A stretch of 64,000 bases of DNA from Candidatus Daviesbacteria bacterium (GTDB lineage Bacteria; Patescibacteriota; Microgenomatia; Daviesbacterales; UBA10151), in contig JAQTZF010000001.1 in assembly GCA_028687915.1 (NCBI GenBank), forward strand, positions 546,634 through 610,633, in the 5' to 3' direction. This document shows, in pieces, positions 54,842 through 64,000 of this stretch. Each line of letters begins with the position of its first letter. Within the stretch, counting starts at the first letter, position 1. The notes below the pieces were generated by a model. It was not told where the DNA came from, ran no database searches, and saw only the letters and a list, made by a program, of their open reading frames with translations. A program made the position numbers and the translations under genes.

Positions 54842-56584
54842 ATGGATTTTAGTAATGCTAAAGTTGCGCACATGCTTCGTGATGTAGCCACGGCCTATAC
54901 CCTTAAAAAAGCTAATAATTTTCAGATTAGAGCTTATGAAAATGCAGCTGATACTATTGAACGTTTAACCAGTGAATTAAAGGATTTATGGCAGGATCAG
55001 CAATTAGATAATGTACCAGGAATTGGAGAAAGCCTAAAGGCTTATTTAGATGAGCTATTTAGGACAGGAGAAGTAAAGCATTGGATAGATATAAAAAAGG
55101 ATATCCCAGAGTCTGTTTTTAGTTTTCTGGATATTCCTGGAGTAGGCCCTCAGACGGCCTTAAAGCTATCTTCTGCTGGTGTAGTAGATTTAGTTGATCT
55201 GGAGAACAAGTTGGAAAACAGAGAACTTCAAAAAGCAGATTTTTCACAAAAGTTATTAGATAAGCTAAAAATTGGACTAAAACAATCACAATCCTTAAAA
55301 ACAGGCAGAATGCTACTTCCTTATGCCTTTATTCAGGCTCAGAAAATTCTAGATTATTTAAAACAAGATAATAGTGTTCTAAAAGCAGATGTTTTAGGAA
55401 GCCTTAGGAGGATGGTAGCAACTGTAGGGGATTTAGATTTTGCAATATCTACAAATAATCCAGAAAAGGTTATGAAACATATCTTAAATATGCCTGGAAT
55501 AAAAGAAGTTATAGAAAAAGGTGAAACAAAAGCTGCGATTTTTATATCAGAAGGTATTCATGTTGATTTTTTAATCGCAAAGCCGGAAGTATATGGTGCT
55601 TTGTTACAGCATTTTACAGGTTCAAAAAGCCATAATATTCACCTTAGGTCATATGCAGAGTCAAAAGGATTTTCATTATCTGAGTATGGTCTTTTAAAAG
55701 TAAAAAATAAGGAATTAATTAATTGTGAAACAGAAGAAGAAGTTTATAGTAATTTAGGAATGCAAACACCTATTCCTGAGATAAGAGAAAATACAGGTGA
55801 AATAGAGATGGCAATAAAGCATAGTTTACCTACTTTTATTAAGCCTGAAGATATAAAAGGGGATTTACACCTACATTCAAATTTTAATATTGAGCCTTCC
55901 CACGACCTTGGGGTAAGTACAATGCATCAATTAATAGAAAAAGGTCAGTCTCTTGGTTATGAATATATTGGGGCCTCAGAACATCAACCATCTAAGGCTA
56001 ATCATAGTCCAGAACAGGTAATTGAACTCATAAATAATAAGAAAAAAGTGGTTGAACAACTTAATTACTCACAGAAAAGTGTTCGAGTACTAAATTTACT
56101 CGAATTAGACATTATGACTGATGGATTAGTTTCTGTGCCTGAAGAAGGGCTTAAACTTTTAGATTTTGCTTTGGCAGGAGTGCATTCTTCTCATCACCAG
56201 CCTAAGGAAGAAATGACAAAGCGGTTGATTAAGGCTTTAGAGAATCCATATATTAAAGTTATTACCCATCCTACAGGAAGGCTTTTAAATGAAAGGGAAG
56301 CATCAGATGCTGATTGGGATTTAGTTTTTAAAACTGCTGCTACGCATAAAAAAGCTTTAGAAATTAGTGCTTACCCAAATAGACTAGACCTTTCTGATTA
56401 TTTAGTACGGAGGGCAAAAGAATATGGAGTTAAGTTTGTTATTAGTACAGATTCACATGAGGTTTCACAAATGGATTTAATGTTTTTTGGAATATCCGTT
56501 GGCAGACGTGGGTGGCTAACAAAGGAAGATGTAGTTAATGCCTGGGATTGGCCTAAATTTGCAAAATGGTTCAATTTGGATTAA
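54842..56584 (+). CDS. polX: DNA polymerase X family protein with C-terminal PHP phosphoesterase domain (PolX)
   Basis: It has HhH motifs (NVPGIGESLKAYLDEL, IPGVGPQTALKL). The Pol beta nucleotidyltransferase region is GSLRRMVATVGDLDFAI. The PHP motifs are GDLHLHSNFN and ISTDSHE. Confidence 0.8.
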   Translation: MDFSNAKVAHMLRDVATAYTLKKANNFQIRAYENAADTIERLTSELKDLWQDQQLDNVPGIGESLKAYLDELFRTGEVKHWIDIKKDIPESVFSFLDIPGVGPQTALKLSSAGVVDLVDLENKLENRELQKADFSQKLLDKLKIGLKQSQSLKTGRMLLPYAFIQAQKILDYLKQDNSVLKADVLGSLRRMVATVGDLDFAISTNNPEKVMKHILNMPGIKEVIEKGETKAAIFISEGIHVDFLIAKPEVYGALLQHFTGSKSHNIHLRSYAESKGFSLSEYGLLKVKNKELINCETEEEVYSNLGMQTPIPEIRENTGEIEMAIKHSLPTFIKPEDIKGDLHLHSNFNIEPSHDLGVSTMHQLIEKGQSLGYEYIGASEHQPSKANHSPEQVIELINNKKKVVEQLNYSQKSVRVLNLLELDIMTDGLVSVPEEGLKLLDFALAGVHSSHHQPKEEMTKRLIKALENPYIKVITHPTGRLLNEREASDADWDLVFKTAATHKKALEISAYPNRLDLSDYLVRRAKEYGVKFVISTDSHEVSQMDLMFFGISVGRRGWLTKEDVVNAWDWPKFAKWFNLD

Positions 56585-56594
56585 GATTTAATTA

Positions 56595-57146
56595 ATGAAT
56601 ATATTTCTAATTATTGGAGCTGTTTTATTAGTAATATTTGGTTGGTTGTTTATGACTTATAACAGCTTGGTTACTCTTCGTAATCGTGTCCGTGAAGCCT
56701 GGTCACAAATTGATGTCCAATTGAAAAGAAGATCGTCTTTAATTCCAAACTTAGTAGAAACTGTTAAAGGTTATGCTAAACACGAAAAAGAAGTATTTGA
56801 AAATGTAACTAAAGCCAGAAGTGCTTTGATGCAGGCAAAAGGACCGGCTGATGCAGCTGTAGCAAGTGATCAAATGTCCGGAGCTTTGAAAACATTATTT
56901 GCAGTGGCAGAAAATTATCCTGATTTAAAAGCATCTGATAATTTTAAAACTTTACAAACTGAAATTTCTGACACAGAAACTAAAGTAGCTGCTTCCAGGC
57001 AGTTTTATAATACAAATGTTCTAGATTACAATAATTCTCTTGAGGTTATGCCAACTGCATTAATTGCAGGGATTTTTCACTTCCAGAAAACAGATTTTTT
57101 CCAGGCAACTGAAGCTGAGAAAAAAGACGTTGAAGTTAAAATGTAG
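56595..57146 (+). CDS. lemA: LemA family membrane protein
   Basis: An N-terminal TM helix is followed by [55 protein letters not shown], which is the canonical LemA core. Confidence 0.75.
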   Translation: MNIFLIIGAVLLVIFGWLFMTYNSLVTLRNRVREAWSQIDVQLKRRSSLIPNLVETVKGYAKHEKEVFENVTKARSALMQAKGPADAAVASDQMSGALKTLFAVAENYPDLKASDNFKTLQTEISDTETKVAASRQFYNTNVLDYNNSLEVMPTALIAGIFHFQKTDFFQATEAEKKDVEVKM

Positions 57147-57608
57147 ATGATTGAGGTTTGGGAGCAAAAAGGCAGAAAACCGACTGTAGTTTCTTCAGAA
57201 GCGTTTCCATGTGAGGTAGAGAATATTTCTTCAGAGTTTTTAGGTTTTGCTGCTGAGGCGGAGGCAACCAGAGGAATAGTCGCTTTTTTAACTACATTAC
57301 AAGAAATAGAAGGAGTGGAAGGAGTTGCTTTCTCCTTGATTACTGAACATCTTGCACCGAGAGCTTGGAATTCTGTTGTAAAAGTTCCTTTTTATGATCA
57401 AGCCTCAGAACGCACACTAAAGACTTATAGAGCTATAAAAGAAGCTAATGCAGAATTAGGTAAAAAACTCGATCCGGTTATGCCTAGTGGATTAAGAATT
57501 AATAAGTCAACAGATTTTACACCACGCTCTTTCGTAACTGCTTTACGGAGAAGATGTGGTAGAAGTAAAACTGAAGAATTAATTGGTGTTTTTCTTTTTA
57601 AAAAATAA
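57147..57608 (+). CDS. Hypothetical protein (between lemA and htpX)
   Basis: It is 153 aa with no recognisable motif. It is translationally coupled to lemA (stop and start adjacent). Confidence 0.35.
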   Translation: MIEVWEQKGRKPTVVSSEAFPCEVENISSEFLGFAAEAEATRGIVAFLTTLQEIEGVEGVAFSLITEHLAPRAWNSVVKVPFYDQASERTLKTYRAIKEANAELGKKLDPVMPSGLRINKSTDFTPRSFVTALRRRCGRSKTEELIGVFLFKK

Positions 57609-57648
57609 TCCATTGGATACATTGTTGGAAGAATGTTAAAATTACTCC

Positions 57649-58575
57649 ATGACAACGATTAATACTGCTTGGGATCAGGTTTCGGGAAACATCTTCAAAA
57701 CATATCTCATTATGTTTTTATTTTCTTTATTTACTGTTATTGTAGTTTATATTCTTGCAAGGGGATTTGGTTATGGAGAAGTAGGGACTTTGGGGATTGT
57801 AGGTTTTGCTCTAATTATTGCAGGGATAATGAATTTTGTTTCTTACTTTTTTTCAGATCAAATTGTTTTAGGAATTTCTGGTGCTAAGTTAATTGAACAT
57901 GATAAAAATCCTGAAATTTATCATCTTGTTGAAAATCTTTGTATTGCAGGAGGACTCCCAGTTCCAAAAATATATGTAATAGATGACAGTGCTCCCAATG
58001 CTTTTGCTACTGGCAGAGATGCAAAACATGCAGCAATTGCTTTGACTTCTGGTATTTTAGATAAGCTGAACAAACAAGAGCTAGAAGGAGTAATTGCTCA
58101 TGAGTTATCTCATATTGGTAACAGAGATACACTATTAATGGCAGTGGTAGCAATTTTAGTAGGTTCTATTGCTTTACTTTCTGATTTTTTCTTAAGATCA
58201 ATGTGGTTTGGTGGTAGGGATAATGATAGAGAAAATAATAATACTTTAATGTTAATCCTGGCAATTATAGCTGCTATTTTAGCTCCTCTTATTGCAACCC
58301 TTATCCAATTAGCAATTTCCAGAAGAAGAGAATTTCTAGCTGATGCTTCTGGTGTACTTTTAACAAGATATCCTCAGGGGTTGGAAAATGCTCTTATTAA
58401 AATTTCTTCAGATAAAGAACCTTTGGAAGTAGCGAATAGGGGAACTGCTCATATGTATATAGTTAATCCGTTAAAGGGTAAAGATTTAACAGGCTGGTTT
58501 GCAGGTCTTTTTAATACACATCCTTCAGTTGAAGATCGTCTTAAAGCTTTGCGTGGGATGGCAGGTCAAGTTTAA
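57649..58575 (+). CDS. htpX: Zinc metalloprotease HtpX (M48 family)
   Basis: TM helices and GVIAHELSHIGNRD (the HExxH zinc motif) fit the M48 HtpX topology. Confidence 0.8.
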   Translation: MTTINTAWDQVSGNIFKTYLIMFLFSLFTVIVVYILARGFGYGEVGTLGIVGFALIIAGIMNFVSYFFSDQIVLGISGAKLIEHDKNPEIYHLVENLCIAGGLPVPKIYVIDDSAPNAFATGRDAKHAAIALTSGILDKLNKQELEGVIAHELSHIGNRDTLLMAVVAILVGSIALLSDFFLRSMWFGGRDNDRENNNTLMLILAIIAAILAPLIATLIQLAISRRREFLADASGVLLTRYPQGLENALIKISSDKEPLEVANRGTAHMYIVNPLKGKDLTGWFAGLFNTHPSVEDRLKALRGMAGQV

Positions 58576-59145
58576 TTAAATTAAAGGGCAATTATGGCAA
58601 GGGTTTTTGCATTTTCCATAAAGACTTCTTATTTTCCCGATATATGATTTTTCATCCGTAGAATATTTTAAACCTAAAAGAGATGCGATAACCCTGTATC
58701 TTTCATGTGCATTTTCTGATTCAACATGATCCATGCCGGACATAAGAAAAGGAAAAGATATCCTCTCGGCTAACTTAGATTGAAGTAGAAAACAACCGAT
58801 CGTCTCTATTTGATCCGCGGAGAACCAGTTTATATTTAAGCCTGTTGTTAGGCGGTAAGATATTCTGTTGCGTGCTCCTTGAATCTGTAATACCGAAAGA
58901 ATTCCGTCTTTTTCTTCTAAGCTGATAGTGAGTCCATCATATTTGCGTCCATCACGCTCATAGCTCGTAACTAAACTACCATCACCGGTATAAGTAGTAG
59001 ATAAATATCGCTCCCGATAATCGCCCAGTAAGAATTCTGTGCTTATTCTGGCAATATCTAAAGGTGGATTTATGCCTCTCCTTAGATAAGGTAAATAACT
59101 TTCATTGTTTAATGGATATAGATTTGTTAGTAGCTCTAATGACAT
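58576..59145 (-). CDS. Hypothetical protein with Cys-rich C-terminus
   Basis: It is 189 aa and ends GKCKNPCHNCPLI. No known domain was recognised. Confidence 0.3.
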   Translation of the reverse strand: MSLELLTNLYPLNNESYLPYLRRGINPPLDIARISTEFLLGDYRERYLSTTYTGDGSLVTSYERDGRKYDGLTISLEEKDGILSVLQIQGARNRISYRLTTGLNINWFSADQIETIGCFLLQSKLAERISFPFLMSGMDHVESENAHERYRVIASLLGLKYSTDEKSYIGKIRSLYGKCKNPCHNCPLI

Positions 59146-59208
59146 AATCTGAAATTATATTAAAAAATTAAGTTAAACGCAAACTATGGGTTACATATAT
59201 AGATATGA

Positions 59209-60177
59209 ATGTTATATACTATACATATGTTAATTGATGAAGTAGATATTATTATTAGAGGAGGGCATGGAGGAGCTGGAAAAGTTTCTTTTTTCCCTGG
59301 ACATTATGGTGGCCCTGATGGTGGAAACGGGGGTAAGGGTGGAGATGTTTATATTAGAACTGTTTCTGATTTAACTGCTTTAAATCAATTTTCCAGAAAA
59401 AAAATTGTTGAGGGAAAAAACGGTGATCCTGGTGGAAGTAATGTAAAATCAGGTTTAAATGCTGAAGATATAGAAATTATTATGCCTGTTGGGGTAACAA
59501 TGACAAATAAAAAAACAGGTGAGGAGATTGATTTAACTGAAGTCGATCAAAGAATTTTAATTGCTAAAGGTGGTTTAGGTGGAAGAGGAAATACAGAATT
59601 TAAGTCTTCACTTAGAACAACTCCAAAGTTTGCTCAACCTGGTTTACCTGGTGAAGAATTCTTCTTTAAAGTAAATTTAAAATTAATAGCAGATTATGGA
59701 CTTATTGGTTTACCAAATGCCGGTAAAAGTAGTTTATTAAATGAGCTAACAAAAGCAAATGTAAAAACTGCAAATTATCCTTTTACCACTCTAGAACCTA
59801 ACTTAGGAGTAATGAATACTAAGATTTTAGCTGATATTCCTGGGCTTATTGAAGGAGCATCAGAGGGAAAAGGGCTTGGAATAAGATTCTTAAAACATAT
59901 AGAAAAAGTTAATTTATTATTACATTGTATTTCTGCAGAATCAGAAACTCCACTTGAAGATTATAAAGTAGTTAAAGATGAAATGGAAAAATTTAATCCT
60001 GAGATATTAAAAAAGAAAGAAATAATATTACTTACTAAAACAGATTTGGTAGAAAAAAAACAAATAGCTGAAAAGTTAAAAGTATTAAAAAAGTTAAAAA
60101 AAGAAATTATTCCAGTTTCAATTCATGATTGGGATAGTTTGGAAGCATTAAAAGAGTATTTAAAAAGTAACTCTTAA
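59209..60177 (+). CDS. obg: GTPase Obg (short form, lacks C-terminal TGS domain)
   Basis: The Gly-rich Obg fold is GGHGGAGKVSF...GGPDGGNGGKGGDVYI. G1 is GLPNAGKSSLLN, G3 is DIPG and G4 is TKTD. The true start may be the ATG at 59227 (MLIDEVDI). Confidence 0.8.
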   Translation: MLYTIHMLIDEVDIIIRGGHGGAGKVSFFPGHYGGPDGGNGGKGGDVYIRTVSDLTALNQFSRKKIVEGKNGDPGGSNVKSGLNAEDIEIIMPVGVTMTNKKTGEEIDLTEVDQRILIAKGGLGGRGNTEFKSSLRTTPKFAQPGLPGEEFFFKVNLKLIADYGLIGLPNAGKSSLLNELTKANVKTANYPFTTLEPNLGVMNTKILADIPGLIEGASEGKGLGIRFLKHIEKVNLLLHCISAESETPLEDYKVVKDEMEKFNPEILKKKEIILLTKTDLVEKKQIAEKLKVLKKLKKEIIPVSIHDWDSLEALKEYLKSNS

Positions 60178-60208
60178 CACCAGCCATTTAGTAACGTATA
60201 ATCTCTTC

Positions 60209-60502
60209 ATGAAGCTTTCTCAAGATCAGGTAAAAAAAGTAGCAAATCTTGCAAATCTAACACTTACTTCCGAAGAAGAAGATAAGTATGCAGATCAATT
60301 ATCTGATGTTCTGAGTTATATTGATCAGTTAAACTTAGTAGATACAAAAAGTGCTGAACCTACCTTTAATGTTACAGATTTAAGTAATGTTTTAGCTGAT
60401 GATGAAATTACCCCAAGTTTAGAACAAGATGCTGTTTTGCAAAATGCTTCTGCCAAAAAAGATGGTTTCTTTGTAACAAAAGGAGTGTTTGAAAATGAAT
60501 AA
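60209..60502 (+). CDS. gatC: Asp-tRNA(Asn)/Glu-tRNA(Gln) amidotransferase subunit C
   Basis: LSQDQVKKVANLANLTLTSEEEDKYADQLSDVLSYIDQL is a GatC signature. It lies upstream of gatA. Confidence 0.8.
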   Translation: MKLSQDQVKKVANLANLTLTSEEEDKYADQLSDVLSYIDQLNLVDTKSAEPTFNVTDLSNVLADDEITPSLEQDAVLQNASAKKDGFFVTKGVFENE

Positions 60503-61856
60503 TGATATTACAAACTTATCCTTGATTGAAACCCTAAAGTCTTTAGAGGAAAAGAAATTTTCTAAAGAAGAATTAAATAAAGCTTATTTAGAAAGAATTA
60601 AGGAATTAAATCCAAAACTTAATGCATATATAAAAGTTATTGATGAAGCTTCTGAAGTACCTGTAGCTATAAAGGATATAATTTGTACTCAAAATATTGA
60701 GACAACAGCAGGCTCTAAAATATTGAGCAATTTTTTACCTCAATATAATGCAACTGTGGTTGATAAATTGGTTTCAAAGGGTATGGGAATTATTGGAAAA
60801 GCAAATATGGATGAATTTGCCATGGGTTCTTCCGGGGAAAATTCAGCTTATGGTGTAACAAATAACCCCTGGGATTTAAATAAAGTTCCTGGAGGTTCAT
60901 CCTCAGGTTCTGCAGCTGCTGTTGCAGCAGATCTTTGTGTTTTTGCACTTGCTACTGATACAGGTGGATCCATTAGGCAGCCAGCGTCTCTTTGTGGAGT
61001 AGTAGGTTTAAAACCAAGTTATGGCAGAGTTTCCCGCTATGGAGCCATGGCAATGGCATCTTCTTTAGATCAAATAGGACCTATTACTAAAACAGTAGCT
61101 GATGCCAGAAAAGTTTTGGAATGGATTTCAGGGCCTGATGGGTTTGATTCTAACTGTATTGAAGATGGATTTAAGAGTAAAGATTTAAAACTTAAGAATG
61201 ATCTAAATGGATTAAAGGTTGGGGTACCAAAAGAGTATTTTGGTAAAGGGTTAGACTCTGGGGTAGAAAAAGTTATTAAGGAAGCTATTTCCAAATTAGA
61301 AGAATTGGGGGCAGAAATCATAGAAATAAGTTTGCCTCATACTGAATATGCTGTAGCAGCCTACTATGTTTTAATGGCTTCAGAAGTTTCTTCTAACTTT
61401 GCCAGATTTGATGGGATTAGGTTTGGTACAAAAAGGGAGGATTTTGGGGAAGAAGTAAAAAGAAGAATAATGTTGGGAACTTTTGCCCTTTCTACTGGCT
61501 ATTATGATGATTATTTTGCTAAGGCTGCTAAAGTCAGAAATCTAATAAAGCTGGACTTTGAAAAAGCTTATGATGAATGTGATGTGATTGTTGGTCCTGT
61601 TTCTCCAACAGTTGCCTGGAATATAGGTGAAAAAATAAATGATCCTTTAACTATGTATTTATCTGACATCTATACTATTCCTGCAAATTTAGCAGGAATT
61701 CCAGGGTTATCTGTTCCTTGTGGTTTTTCTGAAGGTTTACCTGTAGGATTACAGATTTTAGGAAAATATATGGATGAAGAAACTATCTTAAATGTGGGAG
61801 AAGTTTATGAACAAAATACTGAGTGGCATAATAAAAAGCCAGATTTAGGAATATAG
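60489..61856 (+). CDS. gatA: Glutamyl-tRNA(Gln) amidotransferase subunit A
   Basis: It has the amidase signature GGSSGGSAAAVAA and the catalytic Ser in DTGGSIRQPA. Confidence 0.85.
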   Translation: MKMNNDITNLSLIETLKSLEEKKFSKEELNKAYLERIKELNPKLNAYIKVIDEASEVPVAIKDIICTQNIETTAGSKILSNFLPQYNATVVDKLVSKGMGIIGKANMDEFAMGSSGENSAYGVTNNPWDLNKVPGGSSSGSAAAVAADLCVFALATDTGGSIRQPASLCGVVGLKPSYGRVSRYGAMAMASSLDQIGPITKTVADARKVLEWISGPDGFDSNCIEDGFKSKDLKLKNDLNGLKVGVPKEYFGKGLDSGVEKVIKEAISKLEELGAEIIEISLPHTEYAVAAYYVLMASEVSSNFARFDGIRFGTKREDFGEEVKRRIMLGTFALSTGYYDDYFAKAAKVRNLIKLDFEKAYDECDVIVGPVSPTVAWNIGEKINDPLTMYLSDIYTIPANLAGIPGLSVPCGFSEGLPVGLQILGKYMDEETILNVGEVYEQNTEWHNKKPDLGI

Positions 61857-61860
61857 ATTA

Positions 61861-63186
61861 ATGAATAAATACGAGACAGTAATAGGGCTAGAGGTCCATG
61901 TAGAACTTAATACAAAATCAAAAATGTTTTGCAGATGCTCTGTAGATTATTTTGGTGCAAAACCAAATACACATACTTGTCCTGTTTGTTTGGGCCTGCC
62001 TGGTGCTTTGCCTTATATAAATAAACAAGCAATAGAAGATTGTATGGAAATTGGTTTGGCATTAAATTGTGAGATTTCCAATCTTTCTAGATTTGAAAGA
62101 AAAAATTATTTTTATCCAGATTTAGCCAAAGGTTATCAGATCTCTCAATACCGCTGGCCTCTTTGTATAAATGGATGGCTGGAAGTAGAAAATGAAAAAG
62201 GTGAAAAAGTAGTAATCCGCATTAACCGTGCTCACCAGGAAGAGGATACTGGTAAATTAACTCACTCAAATGGTGAAACTTTAATTGATTACAACCGTTC
62301 CAGTGTTCCTTTGGTTGAAGTTGTAACAGAACCAGACTTTCGTGATACTGCAGAAGTTCGGGATTATGCTAAAAAGCTCCAGCAGCTATTTAGATATTTA
62401 GGGGTTTCTAATGCAGATATGGAAAGAGGGGATATGAGGCTGGAGGCAAATGTTAGTGTTCGTTTAGAAGGAACTAAAGAGTTACCTAGCTACAGAGTAG
62501 AACTCAAAAATATTAACTCTTTTAGGTTTATGGTGGCTGCTATTGAATATGAAGTGAAAAGACAAATTGAAGCTTTAGAAAAGGGTGAAAAGCTAGTTCA
62601 GGAAACAAGAGGATGGGATGAAAATAAAAAACAAACATTTGTTCAAAGAGTAAAAGAAGAGGCAAATGATTATCGGTATTTTCCAGATCCTGATTTACCA
62701 GTACTGGAGTTTACCAGTGCTGAAGTTGGTCAAATGAAAAATGATTTACCAGAATTACCTTGGGAAAAATTAGAAAGATTTGTGGAAGATTATGAGATCT
62801 CACTTAATAATGCCAAAATTTTAACAGAAGAAAGAATTTCTGCAGATTTATTTGAAGAAGCTATAAAACAAGGATTAGAAAAACAAATCAAACCACAGCA
62901 GATTGCTAATTTTATTGTAAACCAAAAAATTAAACTAGATTCTGAGGAAGATATTGCTTCTATTTTAGAAAGTATTGCCAATAAGAAAGTTGACATGATT
63001 GAAGATGAAAGTGAACTTATAAGATTAGTTCAAGAAGCAATAACAGAGAATAAAGATTCAGCAGACGCTTATAAAAGTGGTAAATTAGGTGCTTTAAACG
63101 TTATCTTAGGTTCAGTAATGAAGAAATCAAATGGTAAAGTTAACGCAGATAAAATCCGTCAATTATTAGAAGATAATTTAAAATAA
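61861..63186 (+). CDS. gatB: Aspartyl/glutamyl-tRNA amidotransferase subunit B (short C-terminus)
   Basis: YETVIGLEVHVELNTKSKMFC...GLPGALP is the GatB N-terminal catalytic region. At 441 aa it has a reduced YqeY-like tail. Confidence 0.85.
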   Translation: MNKYETVIGLEVHVELNTKSKMFCRCSVDYFGAKPNTHTCPVCLGLPGALPYINKQAIEDCMEIGLALNCEISNLSRFERKNYFYPDLAKGYQISQYRWPLCINGWLEVENEKGEKVVIRINRAHQEEDTGKLTHSNGETLIDYNRSSVPLVEVVTEPDFRDTAEVRDYAKKLQQLFRYLGVSNADMERGDMRLEANVSVRLEGTKELPSYRVELKNINSFRFMVAAIEYEVKRQIEALEKGEKLVQETRGWDENKKQTFVQRVKEEANDYRYFPDPDLPVLEFTSAEVGQMKNDLPELPWEKLERFVEDYEISLNNAKILTEERISADLFEEAIKQGLEKQIKPQQIANFIVNQKIKLDSEEDIASILESIANKKVDMIEDESELIRLVQEAITENKDSADAYKSGKLGALNVILGSVMKKSNGKVNADKIRQLLEDNLK

Positions 63187-63236
63187 ACTCCCTCTTGAAA
63201 TAGGTGTCTATACAGCTGGTAGAATATTAGCCGTAC

Positions 63237-64000
63237 ATGCCTAAATTTGTTCATCTTCATGGTCATAGTGAATATTCTCTGCTTGATGGTTTATCAAAGA
63301 TAAAAAAGCTGGTTAAATTAGCAAAAGATTTTGATATGCCAGCCATCGCAGTGACTGATCACGGAGTCATGTATGGAGCAATAGAATTTTATAAAGCAGC
63401 CTTGGAGGAAGAAATTAAACCTATTGTTGGTTGTGAAGTATATGTAGCAAAAAGATCTCACACAGACAAAGAAGGAAAAATAGATACTGAACCCTATCAT
63501 TTAACTCTTTTAGCTAAAAATTATGAAGGTTATAAAAACTTGATGAAGTTGGTGTCTATTGCACACCTTGATGGCTATTATTACAAACCCAGGGTAGACA
63601 GAGAATTATTAAAAACTTATCACGAAGGAATTATTGCTTTATCTGGTTGTCCTGGAGGTGAATTTGCAGAAAGTTTAAAAGAAGATAGCTTTAAAGATGG
63701 TGAAGAAGTTGCCAGAAAATATTTAGAAATTTTTGGTGAAGGTAATTATTTCATGGAGTTACAGGACCATGAATATGAAACCATTTTAAAAAATAACCCG
63801 AGGTTTGATCCTAAAATAAAAGCAGATTTAGAAAGAATGGCAACTTTTCAAAATCTTTGGTGGAAGGCAGTTAAAGAAATTAGTCCTAAATTAAGCATTC
63901 CAATAGTAGCTACCAATGATTATCACTATGTAAGAGAGGATGATGCTAATGCTCAGGATGCCTTGCTTTGTGTGCAAACAGGAAAGTTCATTAAAGACAT
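63237..64000 (+). CDS. dnaE: DNA polymerase III alpha subunit, N-terminal PHP domain (partial, continues beyond window)
   Basis: [47 protein letters not shown] is the canonical DnaE PHP N-terminus. The reading frame stays open to the window end. Confidence 0.85.
   Translation, partial: MPKFVHLHGHSEYSLLDGLSKIKKLVKLAKDFDMPAIAVTDHGVMYGAIEFYKAALEEEIKPIVGCEVYVAKRSHTDKEGKIDTEPYHLTLLAKNYEGYKNLMKLVSIAHLDGYYYKPRVDRELLKTYHEGIIALSGCPGGEFAESLKEDSFKDGEEVARKYLEIFGEGNYFMELQDHEYETILKNNPRFDPKIKADLERMATFQNLWWKAVKEISPKLSIPIVATNDYHYVREDDANAQDALLCVQTGKFIKD

Overview
This is an AT-rich window from what looks like a small-genome, low-GC bacterium, plausibly a Candidate Phyla Radiation (Patescibacteria) lineage. 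That placement is inferred from the ORF track: many proteins are truncated or minimal (Mur ligases lacking N-terminal domains, a short Obg and a short GatB).

**Layout**
- Positions 0.1-11.7 kb hold a surface-glycan cluster: GT2 and GT4 glycosyltransferases, a GT-C membrane transferase, a Wzy_C/O-antigen-ligase-like protein, a phosphoglycosyl transferase and an unknown large membrane protein. rsmH sits inside it, inverted.
- Positions 11.8-16.2 kb carry housekeeping genes: an HTH regulator, an SGNH hydrolase, recO and glyQS.
- Positions 16.4-29.0 kb carry a division/cell-wall cluster: mraZ-ftsL-ftsI-murE-(truncated murB-like)-murF-mraY-ftsW-murG-ftsQ-ftsA-ftsZ. It has a 44-bp x3 tandem repeat upstream of murE and a duplicated ftsA start region.
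- Positions 29-37 kb carry ileS, a SEDS (RodA-like) protein, rplU, rpmA, parB, lepB, tRNA-Val and two methyltransferases.
- Positions 37.9-43.1 kb hold a second glycan module: a Wzm/Wzt ABC exporter, a methyltransferase-GT2-GT2 fusion and a further GT2.
- Positions 43.9-51.1 kb carry tRNA-Thr, a PAS sensor-kinase-like protein, a CBM protein and a 1,537-aa surface enzyme combining a glycoside hydrolase, a discoidin domain and an SGNH esterase.
- Positions 52-54.6 kb are the most unusual region. tRNA-Gly(CCC) and tRNA-Asp(GUC) are each immediately preceded by a small GIY-YIG nuclease gene whose stop codon lies inside the tRNA. Each gene is in turn preceded by a partial, diverged copy of the tRNA 5' half. 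This looks like a tRNA-targeting GIY-YIG selfish element.
- Positions 54.8-64 kb carry polX, lemA, htpX, obg, gatCAB and the start of dnaE.
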